Shown: positions 48,414 to 58,899, numbered from the stretch's first letter. The stretch: 64,000 nucleotides of DNA from Terriglobia bacterium (GCA_020072565.1 JAIQGI010000010.1:64592-128591); one strand, 5' to 3'. Numbers and translations: made by a program. Notes: a model not told the origin generated them from the letters alone.

Positions 48414-49163
48414 TCACAGTTTCGGCGGGGGCGGAGCCGTGAACTGTGAGAGATCGGACAGACCAAGGCTGCCTTCGATATCACTGATCTGCCTGACAGC
48501 ATCCTCAAAGCCGTCCGCGCCGAACTGCCGATGCTCGATCTCTTCGAATTTGTCGCCGAATTCATCCAACTGCTGCGCCGTGAGCGTCTGCTTCCATGCC
48601 GGAAAGACAATCGTGTCCTCGCGCGCTGCGTGATTGCGGTACATCAGCACGAAGGAATCGAGTGCCTGCGCGCACACGTCCGCCTTGCCCTTGTCCAGTT
48701 TCGCTCCCTGGGTGACCGCAATGATGTAATCCGTGATCTCGCGCCCGCGCTGATGTTGAGCAATCAAAATGTCGGTGTACGCCGCCGCCGGTCCGCCCGC
48801 TTTTTTTACCGCGGGAAAAATGTAAGCCTCTTCGAGCATCCTCTCGTGGTATTCCTCGCCAAAGGCGCGAAACAGCCTGGCCGTCTTTTGAAGAGCTTCC
48901 GGCGGGACTCCGGAGAGATTCCTTCGTAATCTCGGCGCCACGGCCGTATACACGAGCAGCGCCCGGCGCAACACGCCGTGTTCCCGCATTAAATCTTCGG
49001 TGGCAGTAACCTCGCCACCTTTTTCTGCCCCAGCCGCCTTGGGCGGATTCGTCTCACCACCGGATTCCGTTCTGGTGCCGCTTCCACAACCAATCAGGAT
49101 CAGACCGGCTCCGATCCCGGTTGACACTCTGAGGAACTCCCGACGGCTATCGTTTGTCCACAT
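48414..49163 (-). CDS. Tat-exported lipoprotein with hemerythrin-like (HHE cation-binding) domain
   Basis: Start moved from 49178 to the ATG 15 nt downstream, which has a GGAGGTG SD. Tat motif SRREFLRVSTGIGAG followed by lipobox LIGC. Hemerythrin-like helices (LMREHGVLRRAL; EEYHERMLEEAYIFP; LIAQHQRGREI; RNHAAREDTIVFP). Confidence 0.55.
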   Translation of the reverse strand: MWTNDSRREFLRVSTGIGAGLILIGCGSGTRTESGGETNPPKAAGAEKGGEVTATEDLMREHGVLRRALLVYTAVAPRLRRNLSGVPPEALQKTARLFRAFGEEYHERMLEEAYIFPAVKKAGGPAAAYTDILIAQHQRGREITDYIIAVTQGAKLDKGKADVCAQALDSFVLMYRNHAAREDTIVFPAWKQTLTAQQLDEFGDKFEEIEHRQFGADGFEDAVRQISDIEGSLGLSDLSQFTAPPPPKL

Positions 49164-49236
49164 CACGCCACCTCCCATTTCATGTGGTGACAGGCATCGA
49201 AACGCAACTGCAAATTTACCGCTGTTCCCAATAAGA

Positions 49237-50181
49237 TCAATCGACCCCTGCGGGGCCGCCGCTGCGCGCGATGTCTTCTTCCCTGACCTTGTCGATGTTC
49301 AAGCGTCCGGCGGCAGCCTCCATTTTCGACAGCACTTCATCGAAATCGAACGACTGGGCCTTGGAGAAGCGGATCGGGTTAATTCGTGCGATTACAAACA
49401 CCTTCAGGTAAGGGCTCGTGAAGCCCCGGGCCTGCAGTTTTTTCACAATTGCCGTAACCTGATCGTCGAGAGCCAGGAGCGCAGCCGCCCTCTCCTCCCG
49501 CTTTCGGATCGCATGCCCGAGTGGCTTGTCGGAAAACTCCTCGATGCGTTTCAGAACCGGCAGGTATGCGCTGCCGCTGAATCGCGGGCGTTTCTCGTAA
49601 CAAGGCCCGAGCGTCAGGAAAGCGGGTTCCTCGAACTCGAACGCGTAATCGGATTCTCTAACCGACTTGCCGGCAAGAGCCCGGGCCATTCGAATCGTCT
49701 CAAGTGACTTCTCCTTCAGGTTGTGCGCCTTCTCCGTGTTGAGGGCGAGGATCTTGAATGCCACCTCCATTTCAGGAACCAGGAGCGCAGTGATGGAGCG
49801 CGCACCAAGCTTGCGGAGGGCTTGAAGCCGATGATTCCCGTTGGGTGTCCAGTAACCGCCGCCACGCTGCGGGATCGCAATGACCGGATCGAGGAATCGC
49901 CCGATCTTTTCGATGACGTCCATCAATCGCTTGATGTGTGTCTCCGACGCGTCGCGCTGATAGGGCGTCGGTTCAATCTTGTTGATGGGGAGGGCAGCCA
50001 GGAGCACGGGCTTCCCCCCGAATGGTTCCGAGTATGCTCCCAGAACTGCACCTCCGTCGGCTTCGACGGTGTGCCGGATTTCTTCCAGTCCGGCGTCGGA
50101 TACCGTCCGGGTTTGAGGTGCGGTCAAGCCAATGCTCAGAGGAGCGGTTTTTTTTCTTCGTGTTTTCTTGGTTGCGGCCAT
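49237..50181 (-). CDS. ParB/Sulfiredoxin-fold (ParB N-terminal domain) protein, orphan
   Basis: ParB-N core (LLAALPINKIEPTPYQRD...HIKRLMDVIEK...GGGYWTPNGNHRLQALRKLGARSITALLV). Lys/Arg-rich N-terminal tail. No parA or partition-partner gene nearby. Confidence 0.55.
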   Translation of the reverse strand: MAATKKTRRKKTAPLSIGLTAPQTRTVSDAGLEEIRHTVEADGGAVLGAYSEPFGGKPVLLAALPINKIEPTPYQRDASETHIKRLMDVIEKIGRFLDPVIAIPQRGGGYWTPNGNHRLQALRKLGARSITALLVPEMEVAFKILALNTEKAHNLKEKSLETIRMARALAGKSVRESDYAFEFEEPAFLTLGPCYEKRPRFSGSAYLPVLKRIEEFSDKPLGHAIRKREERAAALLALDDQVTAIVKKLQARGFTSPYLKVFVIARINPIRFSKAQSFDFDEVLSKMEAAAGRLNIDKVREEDIARSGGPAGVD

Positions 50182-50850
50182 CTCAATCCGGTAATTTGGT
50201 TAATTCGATGACATGTCGTCACCGGCCATTTTGGGTTCATGGGGATTGATCGGTCGATACCGATGTTCCCCGCGCCGCCGTTCAATTCAATTATTACATG
50301 ATACTCCCTAACGGAAGATCCGGCGCAAGCGCTGAAGCAGAGATCGCGGGAGAGCTCGGCCAGGGCCCTTGCCGACGTCGCAGCCTTGATTTCCCCGGCG
50401 ATCGTGCGGGCCATACGGGATCGAAGCTGAAGGACATCCGCAGATCACACGAAAGTATCCGCGTCCAATTTTGTTGCTTTTCACGAGCGTGCGGTTCTGC
50501 TTCATGAATAATTCAGGTCAGGGCTGAGCTTTTCATAAGGCAGTAAAAGAGCAACACAACAGGGACCACGTTCGCGTACATATTAGAAGGGCTCAGTGGG
50601 AGAACGGAGCCGATGCAACAGACTCCTGCTGAACACCGTTTGCGACATTTTGTCCGCTCTCGTGCCGGTTGGTCTGGCAGGGCGGTGCGGGCAAAGTGGC
50701 TCCCGCCCCTGCAAAGAAGGGGGAGGACGGCGGTGCTGCGCTGGTGACGGCGACGGAAGTCGTCCAGAAGGATGTCTTTGTCGGCATCCAACTTGTGGGT
50801 AAGGCGGTGGCCACACGCCTCGGAGGTCGAAGCTTACGCAAGGAGCATTT

Positions 50851-52548
50851 ATGAAGATCTTTCACACCCCTCTCCGGTGGGGCAGGTTTCTAAAGTGGAT
50901 TGGTGTTTTGCTGACCCTTTCTTTCTCGACGATGCTTTCATGGGGACCGTCATGGGGAGCATTTGCGCAGGATCAGAAGCAAGTCGAGCCAACCCAGGTT
51001 CCAGCCTCGCTGATGAGCCCCATCGAGCGTGCGGAAAAGGACGGGACCGCGCTGCACATCTCGCTGAAGGAACTGACAAAGCTGGCACTTCAAAACAATC
51101 TGGATATCGCGATTTCAGACACCAACGAGGCCATGTACCAGCAGAAGGTGATCCAAAACTACGGGTTTTACGATCCCACCATTACCCTGACTCTCCAGGA
51201 TGGAAGGAGTAAGTCGGCAAACACGAACATTACCAACCGATCGGCAACTGGCTTCAATCAGAGAGATAATGCCCTCTGGAATTTCTCGATGGTAAAGAAT
51301 CTCCCGACCGGGGGCGGCATAACAGCAACTTTCAATTCCAGCCGGAGCGACACCAACCAGCTGGCGACGCTGTTCACCCCCCAATTCCAATCGAGTGCCT
51401 CGGTGCAATTCACGCAGCCGCTGCGGCGAAATTTCCGCACCGACCAGACGCGGGGCACCATCAAGCTCGCCAATCTTGACCTGAAGACCAACGACAGCAA
51501 ATTCAAGCAGAGTGTCACAACCACGATCGCATCGATTCAAAACCTTTACTGGGACCTGGTTTATGCGATCCGTAATTACAACATCCTGCGCGAGTCGATG
51601 GAGTTAGCTAAAATTACCGTGGCACAAAACAAGGCGAAAGTCGAGATTGGCACCCTGGCATCCATCACGGTCACCGAAGCGCTGGCGACTCAGGCCACGC
51701 GGGAAATCAACCTGATCCAGGCCAAGGCGACCATTCAAAGCACTGAAAACTCCTTGAGAAACATGATCTCCAATGACCGCAATGCCGACATCTGGCACCA
51801 GACCATCGTCCCCGCCGATTCACCGGATTTCAACGCGTATACTGTTGAACTCGATGAGGCCATCGAGACAGCCCTGAAAAATCGGCCTGAACTGGAGCAA
51901 TACGATCTTCAGTTGCAGCAGAACGACATCACGTATCAGATCCAAAAGAACATGAAGAAATGGCAGTTTGACTTAGTTGGCAGTTTCGGGGCCAACGGCA
52001 CGGCGGGACCTCAGTCCTATTCCTCATCAGGTGTGCCGACGATCCCGGTGCAGTTCGTTGGTGGCCTTCCCACCGCGTACCAGACGATCTTCACGGAAGG
52101 CCTCACTACTTGGACCGTGGGCTTCAACATCCAGATACCGATCAAAAACAGGTCCGTTGATGCGCAGTTGGCGCAAACCCAAATCTCGAAGCAGCAATTG
52201 CTCATGAATCGGACCAAGACCGAGCAAAACGTCATCGTGCAGGTCCGCAACGCGGTCGAGGACCTTGAAACCTGCCGACAGCGCGTGGAAACCGCCCAGG
52301 TTTCGCGCAAGCTTGCCGAGGAAGAGCTCAAGGGCGAAACCCAGCGCTTCGAGGCCGGCATGAGCCAGAACTTCCTGCTCCTCCAGCGCCAGGCAGATCT
52401 CTCAGCAGCGCAAGGCGAGGAAGTGCAAGCTCTGATTACCTACAAGAAAGCCGTTATCACCTTGCAGCAGAACATGTATAACCTGCTCGAGGCCAACGAC
52501 TTCGAGATTGCCAAGAGTCCAGGCAAGGGCGTGGCTGCCTTTGAGTGA
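50851..52548 (+). CDS. TolC-family outer membrane efflux protein
   Basis: AAGGAG SD 6 nt upstream; signal peptide; TolC/OEP repeats (LSLKELTKLALQNNLDIAISD..., second repeat LDEAIETALKNRPELEQYDLQ). 565 aa. Confidence 0.85.
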   Translation: MKIFHTPLRWGRFLKWIGVLLTLSFSTMLSWGPSWGAFAQDQKQVEPTQVPASLMSPIERAEKDGTALHISLKELTKLALQNNLDIAISDTNEAMYQQKVIQNYGFYDPTITLTLQDGRSKSANTNITNRSATGFNQRDNALWNFSMVKNLPTGGGITATFNSSRSDTNQLATLFTPQFQSSASVQFTQPLRRNFRTDQTRGTIKLANLDLKTNDSKFKQSVTTTIASIQNLYWDLVYAIRNYNILRESMELAKITVAQNKAKVEIGTLASITVTEALATQATREINLIQAKATIQSTENSLRNMISNDRNADIWHQTIVPADSPDFNAYTVELDEAIETALKNRPELEQYDLQLQQNDITYQIQKNMKKWQFDLVGSFGANGTAGPQSYSSSGVPTIPVQFVGGLPTAYQTIFTEGLTTWTVGFNIQIPIKNRSVDAQLAQTQISKQQLLMNRTKTEQNVIVQVRNAVEDLETCRQRVETAQVSRKLAEEELKGETQRFEAGMSQNFLLLQRQADLSAAQGEEVQALITYKKAVITLQQNMYNLLEANDFEIAKSPGKGVAAFE

Positions 52549-52684
52549 GCAACAGCGCCTGAGGGCCCTGAGGAGGCCGGAGATCTCTAAAACTGCTCCC
52601 GACACAGGCGCACGCCGGCAACAGTGCTCCGGGTATCCGGCGAAAACAAGTAATGGTTGATACGCTGGTTAGCCTGCCTACAAG

Positions 52685-53296
52685 TTGGGCAAAGATACGG
52701 AAGCCGTGAAGCAGATGCAGCTCTTGAGACCGCCGCCCCTATGTCCTGGTGACACGATTGGCATTTTCACGCCTTCGACGCCGGCGAACGTCATCTTTCG
52801 CGAGAAGTACCTTTACGGTCTGGAGGTGCTCCGGCGACTCGGGTTCCGTGTCGTCGAGGGGGAGGTCACGAGCTGGCGCAGCAGCGAAGGCTATCGTTCA
52901 GGCTCGCCGCAACAGCGGGCTCGGGAGTTCATTCTGTACTTCCCTGCCCTCGAAGGCAACATCCTCCTCATCGAAGAGCTGAGGTGGTGTCACTCCCTGG
53001 AAGAGCGAGCACTACGGCAACTCGAACGCATCGGAGTGTTCGACGTAATCACGGGACTGATCGTGGGCAAGCCGGAATTCCTGGATCCGGAGGGCGCTCC
53101 GTTCAGCTACGAGGATCTCATCTTGGAGATCGTCGGAGCCGGACGGCCCTATCCGATCGTCACGAACTTCGACTGTGGGCACACCCATCCAATGCTGACG
53201 ATCGCCGAGATGGCAGAGGTCACCCTCAGGGTGGGGGAAGGCTTCGACGCGTGCGTCATCGTCGAGGAGCCGATGGTAGCGGTGGCTCAAGACTGA
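52685..53296 (+). CDS. S66 LD-carboxypeptidase-like protein with internal deletion (probable pseudo-enzyme/pseudogene)
   Basis: Aligns to LdcA/MccF N-terminus (PGDTIGIFTPSTP; YGLEVLRRLGFRVVEGEV) and C-terminus (GNILLIEEL....; FDCGHTHP). About 100 residues containing the Ser-nucleophile segment appear absent (203 aa versus about 300 typical). Starts at TTG. Confidence 0.45.
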   Translation: MGKDTEAVKQMQLLRPPPLCPGDTIGIFTPSTPANVIFREKYLYGLEVLRRLGFRVVEGEVTSWRSSEGYRSGSPQQRAREFILYFPALEGNILLIEELRWCHSLEERALRQLERIGVFDVITGLIVGKPEFLDPEGAPFSYEDLILEIVGAGRPYPIVTNFDCGHTHPMLTIAEMAEVTLRVGEGFDACVIVEEPMVAVAQD

Positions 53297-53314
53297 GTGC
53301 ATGGAGGAGGACCG

Positions 53315-54166
53315 ATGTTTCCTGCCGGAACGCGCTTGGACGAGACCGCACGAATACCCGTGCTGGAAGCGTTGCGGACAGTGAACGCAGCCCTGCTGGA
53401 TCTTCTGCGCGGATTCACGGCTGAGGACTGGAGCAAACCGACAGTTCATCGGGACCGCAACGTCAAGGATCTTACCGCCCACCTGCTGCACGGCAGCCTC
53501 CGCAGCGTCACTAACGGCCGCGATGGCTACAGGACCACGACGCCGCTGATCCGTGGCACGGAAGATCTCATCGCATTCATCCAGCAGGAAAATCGCGAGT
53601 TCATGACTGGGATGCGGCGTATCAGCCCGCAGATTTTGGTTGAGCTGATCGCGATGTATGATCCTCAAATGCTGGCACTCTTCGAGAACGCGGTTCCAGA
53701 CGATCTCGGAACCGGCGTTGTCTGGGCCGGCGAGAGCCTCTCGCGCAGATGGTTCCACATTGCACGCGAATACACTGAAAAGTGGCACCATCAGCAGCAG
53801 CTCCGAGATGCCACCGTCCGGCCACCGCTCTACGAGCCGGCCCTCATGGTTCCCGTGCTCGAGACGTTCGCGCGTGGCCTGCCCTTCGCGTACCGTACGT
53901 ACGACCGGCCCGAGGGAACAGCCCTGGCCATCGCCACAACTGGTCCGGTCAGCTTGGGCTGGACGCTGCACCGCACTGGCGGGGCTTGGCTGCTCTGGAG
54001 CGGCACCGATTCGGCTGCTGAAACCTCCATCTCGATTCCTTCCGAGATCGCGTGGCGCGTGTGGACCAAGAGCATGGGGAGTAACGAAGCCCGTGCCCAC
54101 ACGGAGTTCGTTGGCGATCGAGACGCGGTAAACCCACTCGTCACGTTTGTTGCCATTATGGCTTGA
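53315..54166 (+). CDS. DinB_2/MDMPI-N-terminal-domain (mycothiol maleylpyruvate isomerase-like) family protein
   Basis: GGAGGAGGA SD immediately upstream of ATG 53315 (the track starts at GTG 53297). Family motifs: WSKPTVHRDRNVKDLTAHLLHG...W.HQQQLRDA. Confidence 0.5.
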   Translation: MFPAGTRLDETARIPVLEALRTVNAALLDLLRGFTAEDWSKPTVHRDRNVKDLTAHLLHGSLRSVTNGRDGYRTTTPLIRGTEDLIAFIQQENREFMTGMRRISPQILVELIAMYDPQMLALFENAVPDDLGTGVVWAGESLSRRWFHIAREYTEKWHHQQQLRDATVRPPLYEPALMVPVLETFARGLPFAYRTYDRPEGTALAIATTGPVSLGWTLHRTGGAWLLWSGTDSAAETSISIPSEIAWRVWTKSMGSNEARAHTEFVGDRDAVNPLVTFVAIMA

Positions 54167-54834
54167 ATCACGCTGCGGCCCAGGCGTGGACCTCGATCGG
54201 AAACGCGGCTTGTCCGTCCTTCCGCGGCTGCGGTAGGCAGAGCTGAGGGCAATCGCAATCCTGCCGTGCTCTTACTGCACCGTTATCACCAGGGCGATAG
54301 CAAGGCTGACGGGATAGCGCAAAGGCGCTTCTTGAATGTCAGCGAATTATCGGCGGGCCTTTTTTGCAGGCAGTTGCCGCCTTGAAAAGGTCCACTGTAG
54401 AAACTGGAATAGGACTTCGGCGACAACTTCTGCGGGGCGGATCTTATCATGATGTCACCTTGTCGAATCAGACTCGTCAATAATACGAAAGTTCCATGAG
54501 CTTGCCGGACAATCGACTTTTTTTTCCAGCACCAGCGGTCGATAAGTGGCGTTCACGTACCAGTGGATTTTCGATCCTTGCCGACGTCCTGATCCGACGT
54601 TCGCCTAAGTTTTACCTTCCTTGCCAATGTACGAGTACGCCGTCCGCGTGACTGGTTTTTTGTCAACTTCCCAGATTGCCGTTTGATTATGGTTCGCGTG
54701 CAAAGACGTGAGAGCCCGATAACGCCGCAAGTACTCCGGATTCAGCTTCCTTAAACCACAACGCCCGTTTATAATGGCGGCATCTTCAGGTACCTCAGAT
54801 TGCAGCGCACGAAGGGCCGGTGGAGGAATTCTCC

Positions 54835-57198
54835 ATGATCGGCAAGACCCTCGGTCACTATAAGGTTGTTGAGAAGATCGGCCAGGGAGGTATGGGAGAA
54901 GTATTCCTAGCGGAGGACACATCTCTGCACCGGAAGGTTGCCCTGAAGTTCCTTCCCCCAGCGATGCAGCAAGACCCCGCGGCCCACAAGCGGTTCATTC
55001 GTGAAGCCCGTTCGGCGGCGGCGCTCGACCATCCCTACATTTGCCACATCAACGAAGTCGGCGAATCTGACGGCCAGTACTTCATCGCCATGGAGTACGT
55101 CGACGGCCGGTCGCTCAAAGACAGGCTGGACCAAGCCCCACTGCCGCTCGGGGAGGCGCTGCCAATAGCCATCGAGGTGGCCGAGGCGCTCGAGGCGGCG
55201 CACACGAAAGGGATCATCCACCGGGACATCAAGCCCGCCAACATCATGCTGACGCAGACAGGCCATGCTAAGGTGATGGACTTCGGCCTGGCGAAGCAAA
55301 TGATTCCGGCCGATGGGATCGCCAGCCAGGAAGAGACGGCCACCGCTCTCACCTCGGAAGGAAGCACCGTCGGAACGCTGGCTTACATGTCGCCGGAGCA
55401 GTTGCGCAGCCAGGCCGCCGACGCCCGCAGCGACATATGGGCGTTGGGCGTAACGTTATATGAGCTAGTGGCGGGTGAGCGGCCATTCCAGGGCCAGAGC
55501 GGGTTCGAGCTGCCATCGGCGATCTTAAACCAGGCGCCGCGGCCGCTCCCCTCCCACGTGCCAGCGGCATTGGCGGCGGTGATCGAGCGCTGCCTCGAGA
55601 AGGAACCAGGAAAGCGCTATCAGCAGGCGGGCGAACTGCGGGCTGCCCTCGAAGCGGTCCGTGCGGGGACGGTGGCCCCCTGGGAGGCGTGGCGCTACCG
55701 GTTGGGACGTCATCCCTGGACGGTGCTGGCGGCGGCACTGGTGGCCATCATGGCTGTCCTGGTGGGTTTGGACGTGGGCGGCCTGCGCGCGCGGTTGACC
55801 ACCGGAGGCCAGGCGCGCGCGGTCAAGCTGGCCGTGCTGCCGTTCGTGAACCAGTCCGGCGATCCGGAGCAGGAGTCCTTCTCCGATGGCTTCACCCAGG
55901 AGTTGATCACCCAGCTCGGAGGCCTCCATCCGGCAGGCCTGAGCGTCATCGCCCAGTACTCGGTGATGCTCTACAAGAAGACCGAAACGCGCATCGACCA
56001 GATCGGCCGCGAGCTGGGGGTGGACTTCGTCTTGCAGGGAAGCACCCGGCGCGAGGCGAACCGCGTCCGCATCAGCGCCGAGCTGATCCATGTGGGCGAC
56101 CAGACACAGATCTGGGCCCACACATACGAGCACGAGGTCCCGGGCATCCAGATGGTCCAGAACGAATTGGCGCGGAGCGTGGCCGAGGCGCTGTCGCTTA
56201 GGCTGCTGACCGCGGAGAAAGACCGCCTGGCCTCCACCCGGACAGTCAGTCCCGAGGCCTACGATGCCTATCTCAAGGGCACCTCCCTCTTGAAGACAAT
56301 GAAGTCGGCGGACATAGAGGCGGCCCAGCGCAACTTCGAGCTGGCTCTGATCAAAGACCCCACCTATGCTCCAGCCCACCAGGGGTTGGCGGCGGTCTGG
56401 ATGGTCCGCCAGCAGACGGATTTGACACCGCCGGGTGAAGCTGGGCCCAAGGCCAAAGAGGAAGCCCTGAAGGCCCTTGCTCTGGATGGCAATTCCGCGG
56501 TGGCGCACAGGGCGCTGGCTTCGGTCAGGTCGTGGTCAGACTGGGACTGGGCCGGCGCCGAGCCGGAGTGGAAGCGCGCCCTGGAGCTCAACCCCAGCGA
56601 TGCGAACGCGCACGCGTTCTATGCCCACTTCCTGGCGGTACGAGGGCGCGCGGACGAGGCTCTCCCGCACAGCCAGCTGGCGCTCAAGCTGGACCCGTCC
56701 AATGCGCTGTACCATGGCATGTACGCGATAGTCCTGGATTACCTTCGGCGCTACGACGATGCACTCGCCGCGGCCCGCAAGGCGCTCTCCCTTCAGCCTG
56801 ATTTGGGGATCGCCATCGATATGTTTCAGCGTTACTACCTCAACAAGGGGATGCGCAAAGAGCAACTGGCCGAGCAGAGACTGAGGGTCGCCCGCGACCC
56901 CGAACGACGCGCGGCTTTCGAACGGGGCCTCGGCGAAGGCGGGTACGAAGGCGCGCAGCGGGCCATCGCCGACGTTTATGCGGCACGGTATGAAAAGGGC
57001 CAATATAAAGATCCTATGGGCGTCGCCTTCCGGTATCTCGACGGCGGTGATAAGGACCGTGCGATGGAGTTTCTCAACAAAGCCTACGCAGCTCACGATC
57101 CCTCGTTGGCTTACGTCGGCAGACCTCACTGGGACCGCCTGCGCGGCGACCCGCGCTTTGAGGCCTTGCTTCGCCGCATTGGCCTCCCGTCAAAGTAA
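54835..57198 (+). CDS. Ser/Thr protein kinase with TM segment, TolB-like N-terminal-domain module and C-terminal TPR repeats
   Basis: GGAGG SD 9 nt upstream of ATG 54835. Full kinase motifs ([36 protein letters not shown]). TM (VLAAALVAIMAVLVGL). VKLAVLPFVNQSGDPEQESFSDGFTQELITQL module. TPR-like helical repeats to the C-terminus. Confidence 0.85.
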   Translation: MIGKTLGHYKVVEKIGQGGMGEVFLAEDTSLHRKVALKFLPPAMQQDPAAHKRFIREARSAAALDHPYICHINEVGESDGQYFIAMEYVDGRSLKDRLDQAPLPLGEALPIAIEVAEALEAAHTKGIIHRDIKPANIMLTQTGHAKVMDFGLAKQMIPADGIASQEETATALTSEGSTVGTLAYMSPEQLRSQAADARSDIWALGVTLYELVAGERPFQGQSGFELPSAILNQAPRPLPSHVPAALAAVIERCLEKEPGKRYQQAGELRAALEAVRAGTVAPWEAWRYRLGRHPWTVLAAALVAIMAVLVGLDVGGLRARLTTGGQARAVKLAVLPFVNQSGDPEQESFSDGFTQELITQLGGLHPAGLSVIAQYSVMLYKKTETRIDQIGRELGVDFVLQGSTRREANRVRISAELIHVGDQTQIWAHTYEHEVPGIQMVQNELARSVAEALSLRLLTAEKDRLASTRTVSPEAYDAYLKGTSLLKTMKSADIEAAQRNFELALIKDPTYAPAHQGLAAVWMVRQQTDLTPPGEAGPKAKEEALKALALDGNSAVAHRALASVRSWSDWDWAGAEPEWKRALELNPSDANAHAFYAHFLAVRGRADEALPHSQLALKLDPSNALYHGMYAIVLDYLRRYDDALAAARKALSLQPDLGIAIDMFQRYYLNKGMRKEQLAEQRLRVARDPERRAAFERGLGEGGYEGAQRAIADVYAARYEKGQYKDPMGVAFRYLDGGDKDRAMEFLNKAYAAHDPSLAYVGRPHWDRLRGDPRFEALLRRIGLPSK

Positions 57199-57552
57199 CA
57201 TGATCCCGAGACAGCAGCCGGGGATCTGAAGCACTGGTCACATGACAGGCAAGCCGGAAACCGAGAGCCTCACTCGCGCAAGTTCCATTCAAATCGGTTT
57301 CAGTTTACCACATTGTCACGAAGTCCCGTTGAACGAAGCCGCAGATTCATCCTTTTAGGCCACGGGGGCGTATAGGCGGCCACACGGAAACTATGATTTT
57401 CGCGGTTCTCGGCCCCGACTTGTCTCCGATCTGTTTAGTAATAATGTCGTCCGGTCAATGTACGCGCTGCCGGGTTCGTCCGTGAGGCAAAAGTTGCTGA
57501 CAAATAGGCAATCCCCACTTCTGGGCAGCGGTATCACAATCGCGGAACATTC

Positions 57553-57984
57553 TCATTTCTTTTTTGAGGGTATGTAGTCTCCATCCAAAGTAAACGCTTG
57601 AACCATATCTTCCTGAGAAAATACGGCGGCAGTTTTCGCCTCAAGCTCTTTTGCCCGCTTCATAACTTCATTGCTTCTGGGAAGACGATATGAATCTGCA
57701 GTAATAGATTTGATGCTCTCTTCAAGAACCGATATCTGCTCTGAAGAAAGGCGATTCCGATTTGTTTCAAGCCATCGTCTCACGTGCGTTCTCATTATTT
57801 CAGCCTTGTTTTCAGGGGAGATTTCGTTGAACACTTTACGCCTTTCCTGAATATCCAATTTGCCAAAAGTGTCGTAATCAACCATCTGAGCCTGTTCAGG
57901 TGGAATAATATATGCCGCACATTTGGGAATCGGATTTCCTGCTACCAAAATGAAAAGAAAAAACAAATTTGCACCATGACGCAT
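57553..57984 (-). CDS. hypothetical secreted protein on AT-rich patch
   Basis: AGGAGG SD 5 nt upstream. N-terminal signal peptide (MRHGANLFFLFILVAGNPIP). Low GC (roughly 40-45% by eye), Lys/Glu-rich. No family recognised. Confidence 0.55.
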   Translation of the reverse strand: MRHGANLFFLFILVAGNPIPKCAAYIIPPEQAQMVDYDTFGKLDIQERRKVFNEISPENKAEIMRTHVRRWLETNRNRLSSEQISVLEESIKSITADSYRLPRSNEVMKRAKELEAKTAAVFSQEDMVQAFTLDGDYIPSKKK

Positions 57985-58899
57985 ACTTGCCTCCTAAAAG
58001 ATCAGCGCAACGCTGACTGCCTGAAGATACAATTGGACCGATATCAAATGCGTATCTTGGCCGCTTGGGATCATAATTTCCCTCGTGATCCAGCATTCCA
58101 TGATACCGCTGCTTGTCCTTGATCTCACTCATATTTGCGCGAGCGATCGGCATTCAGTTGTCGTTTAGTGGGGTATACGGAAACCACTATGCGCTCCAGA
58201 AAAGGTGTTCGAGGAGATCAGGAAGGCAGCGAGGCGTCGCTGGGGCGAGATCTCCTATAACGGGACCACACGCCTGTGTCTGCGAATGCGCTGGATATCG
58301 AAGCTTCCCCGTACGGGACTTCGCGGGAGTGAGGGCCGTAGTTTCCAGTTACTTGGCCAAGTGAACGCCGACTGTTCGATCCCTCCGTCACGACAGCGCC
58401 GAATTTTCGGCTTTATCAATGCCATCGCTTCAGGCCGCTTCTTATCATGCTGTCGAAGCCAGACATTTATTCCTGGGGCTGTTTCCGAGCGCTGATGGCA
58501 GCGGCGCAATTTGATCAAATGCCTGGAGGTGCTGAGGTAATTCTTTTGTTTAATGGAGCCATTTAGGTGTAAGGTCGGAGAAGGCGATTGCTTAAACTAT
58601 GGTGCCTGCCGATGCAGGGATGGCAGGTGTGATTACCGGTCTCAAGATGGGGGGCGGCGGGAGGACTCACCCGGCACTTACTATCCAGTCAAGTGGGCGA
58701 GGCTCGCTTTGTATCTGGCTAAGCCGCGAATTGGATTACGCATAACCAGGGGATTATTAACGAAATTGCCGTCTTGATGATCCAATCTCGATGAGATATG
58801 CAGACGCCAACTGGCGACATATCCAGTTATCGAGACCCGCATGATCTAAGTTCGGCAGCTGATGCGCCGCCGTTGGGCGTGTCAAAGGAGGACGCTGGA

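Noticed and set aside
50210-50217. GACATGTC 8-bp palindrome 29 nt upstream of the ParB-like gene start, as possible parS-like site
   Set aside because: Too short to be significant and unlike the canonical parS (TGTTNCACGTGAAACA).
54167-54834. Possible intrinsic terminator GGCGGGCCTTTTTTGCAGG downstream of the DinB_2-like gene
   Set aside because: A T-run is present but no convincing GC-rich stem precedes it.
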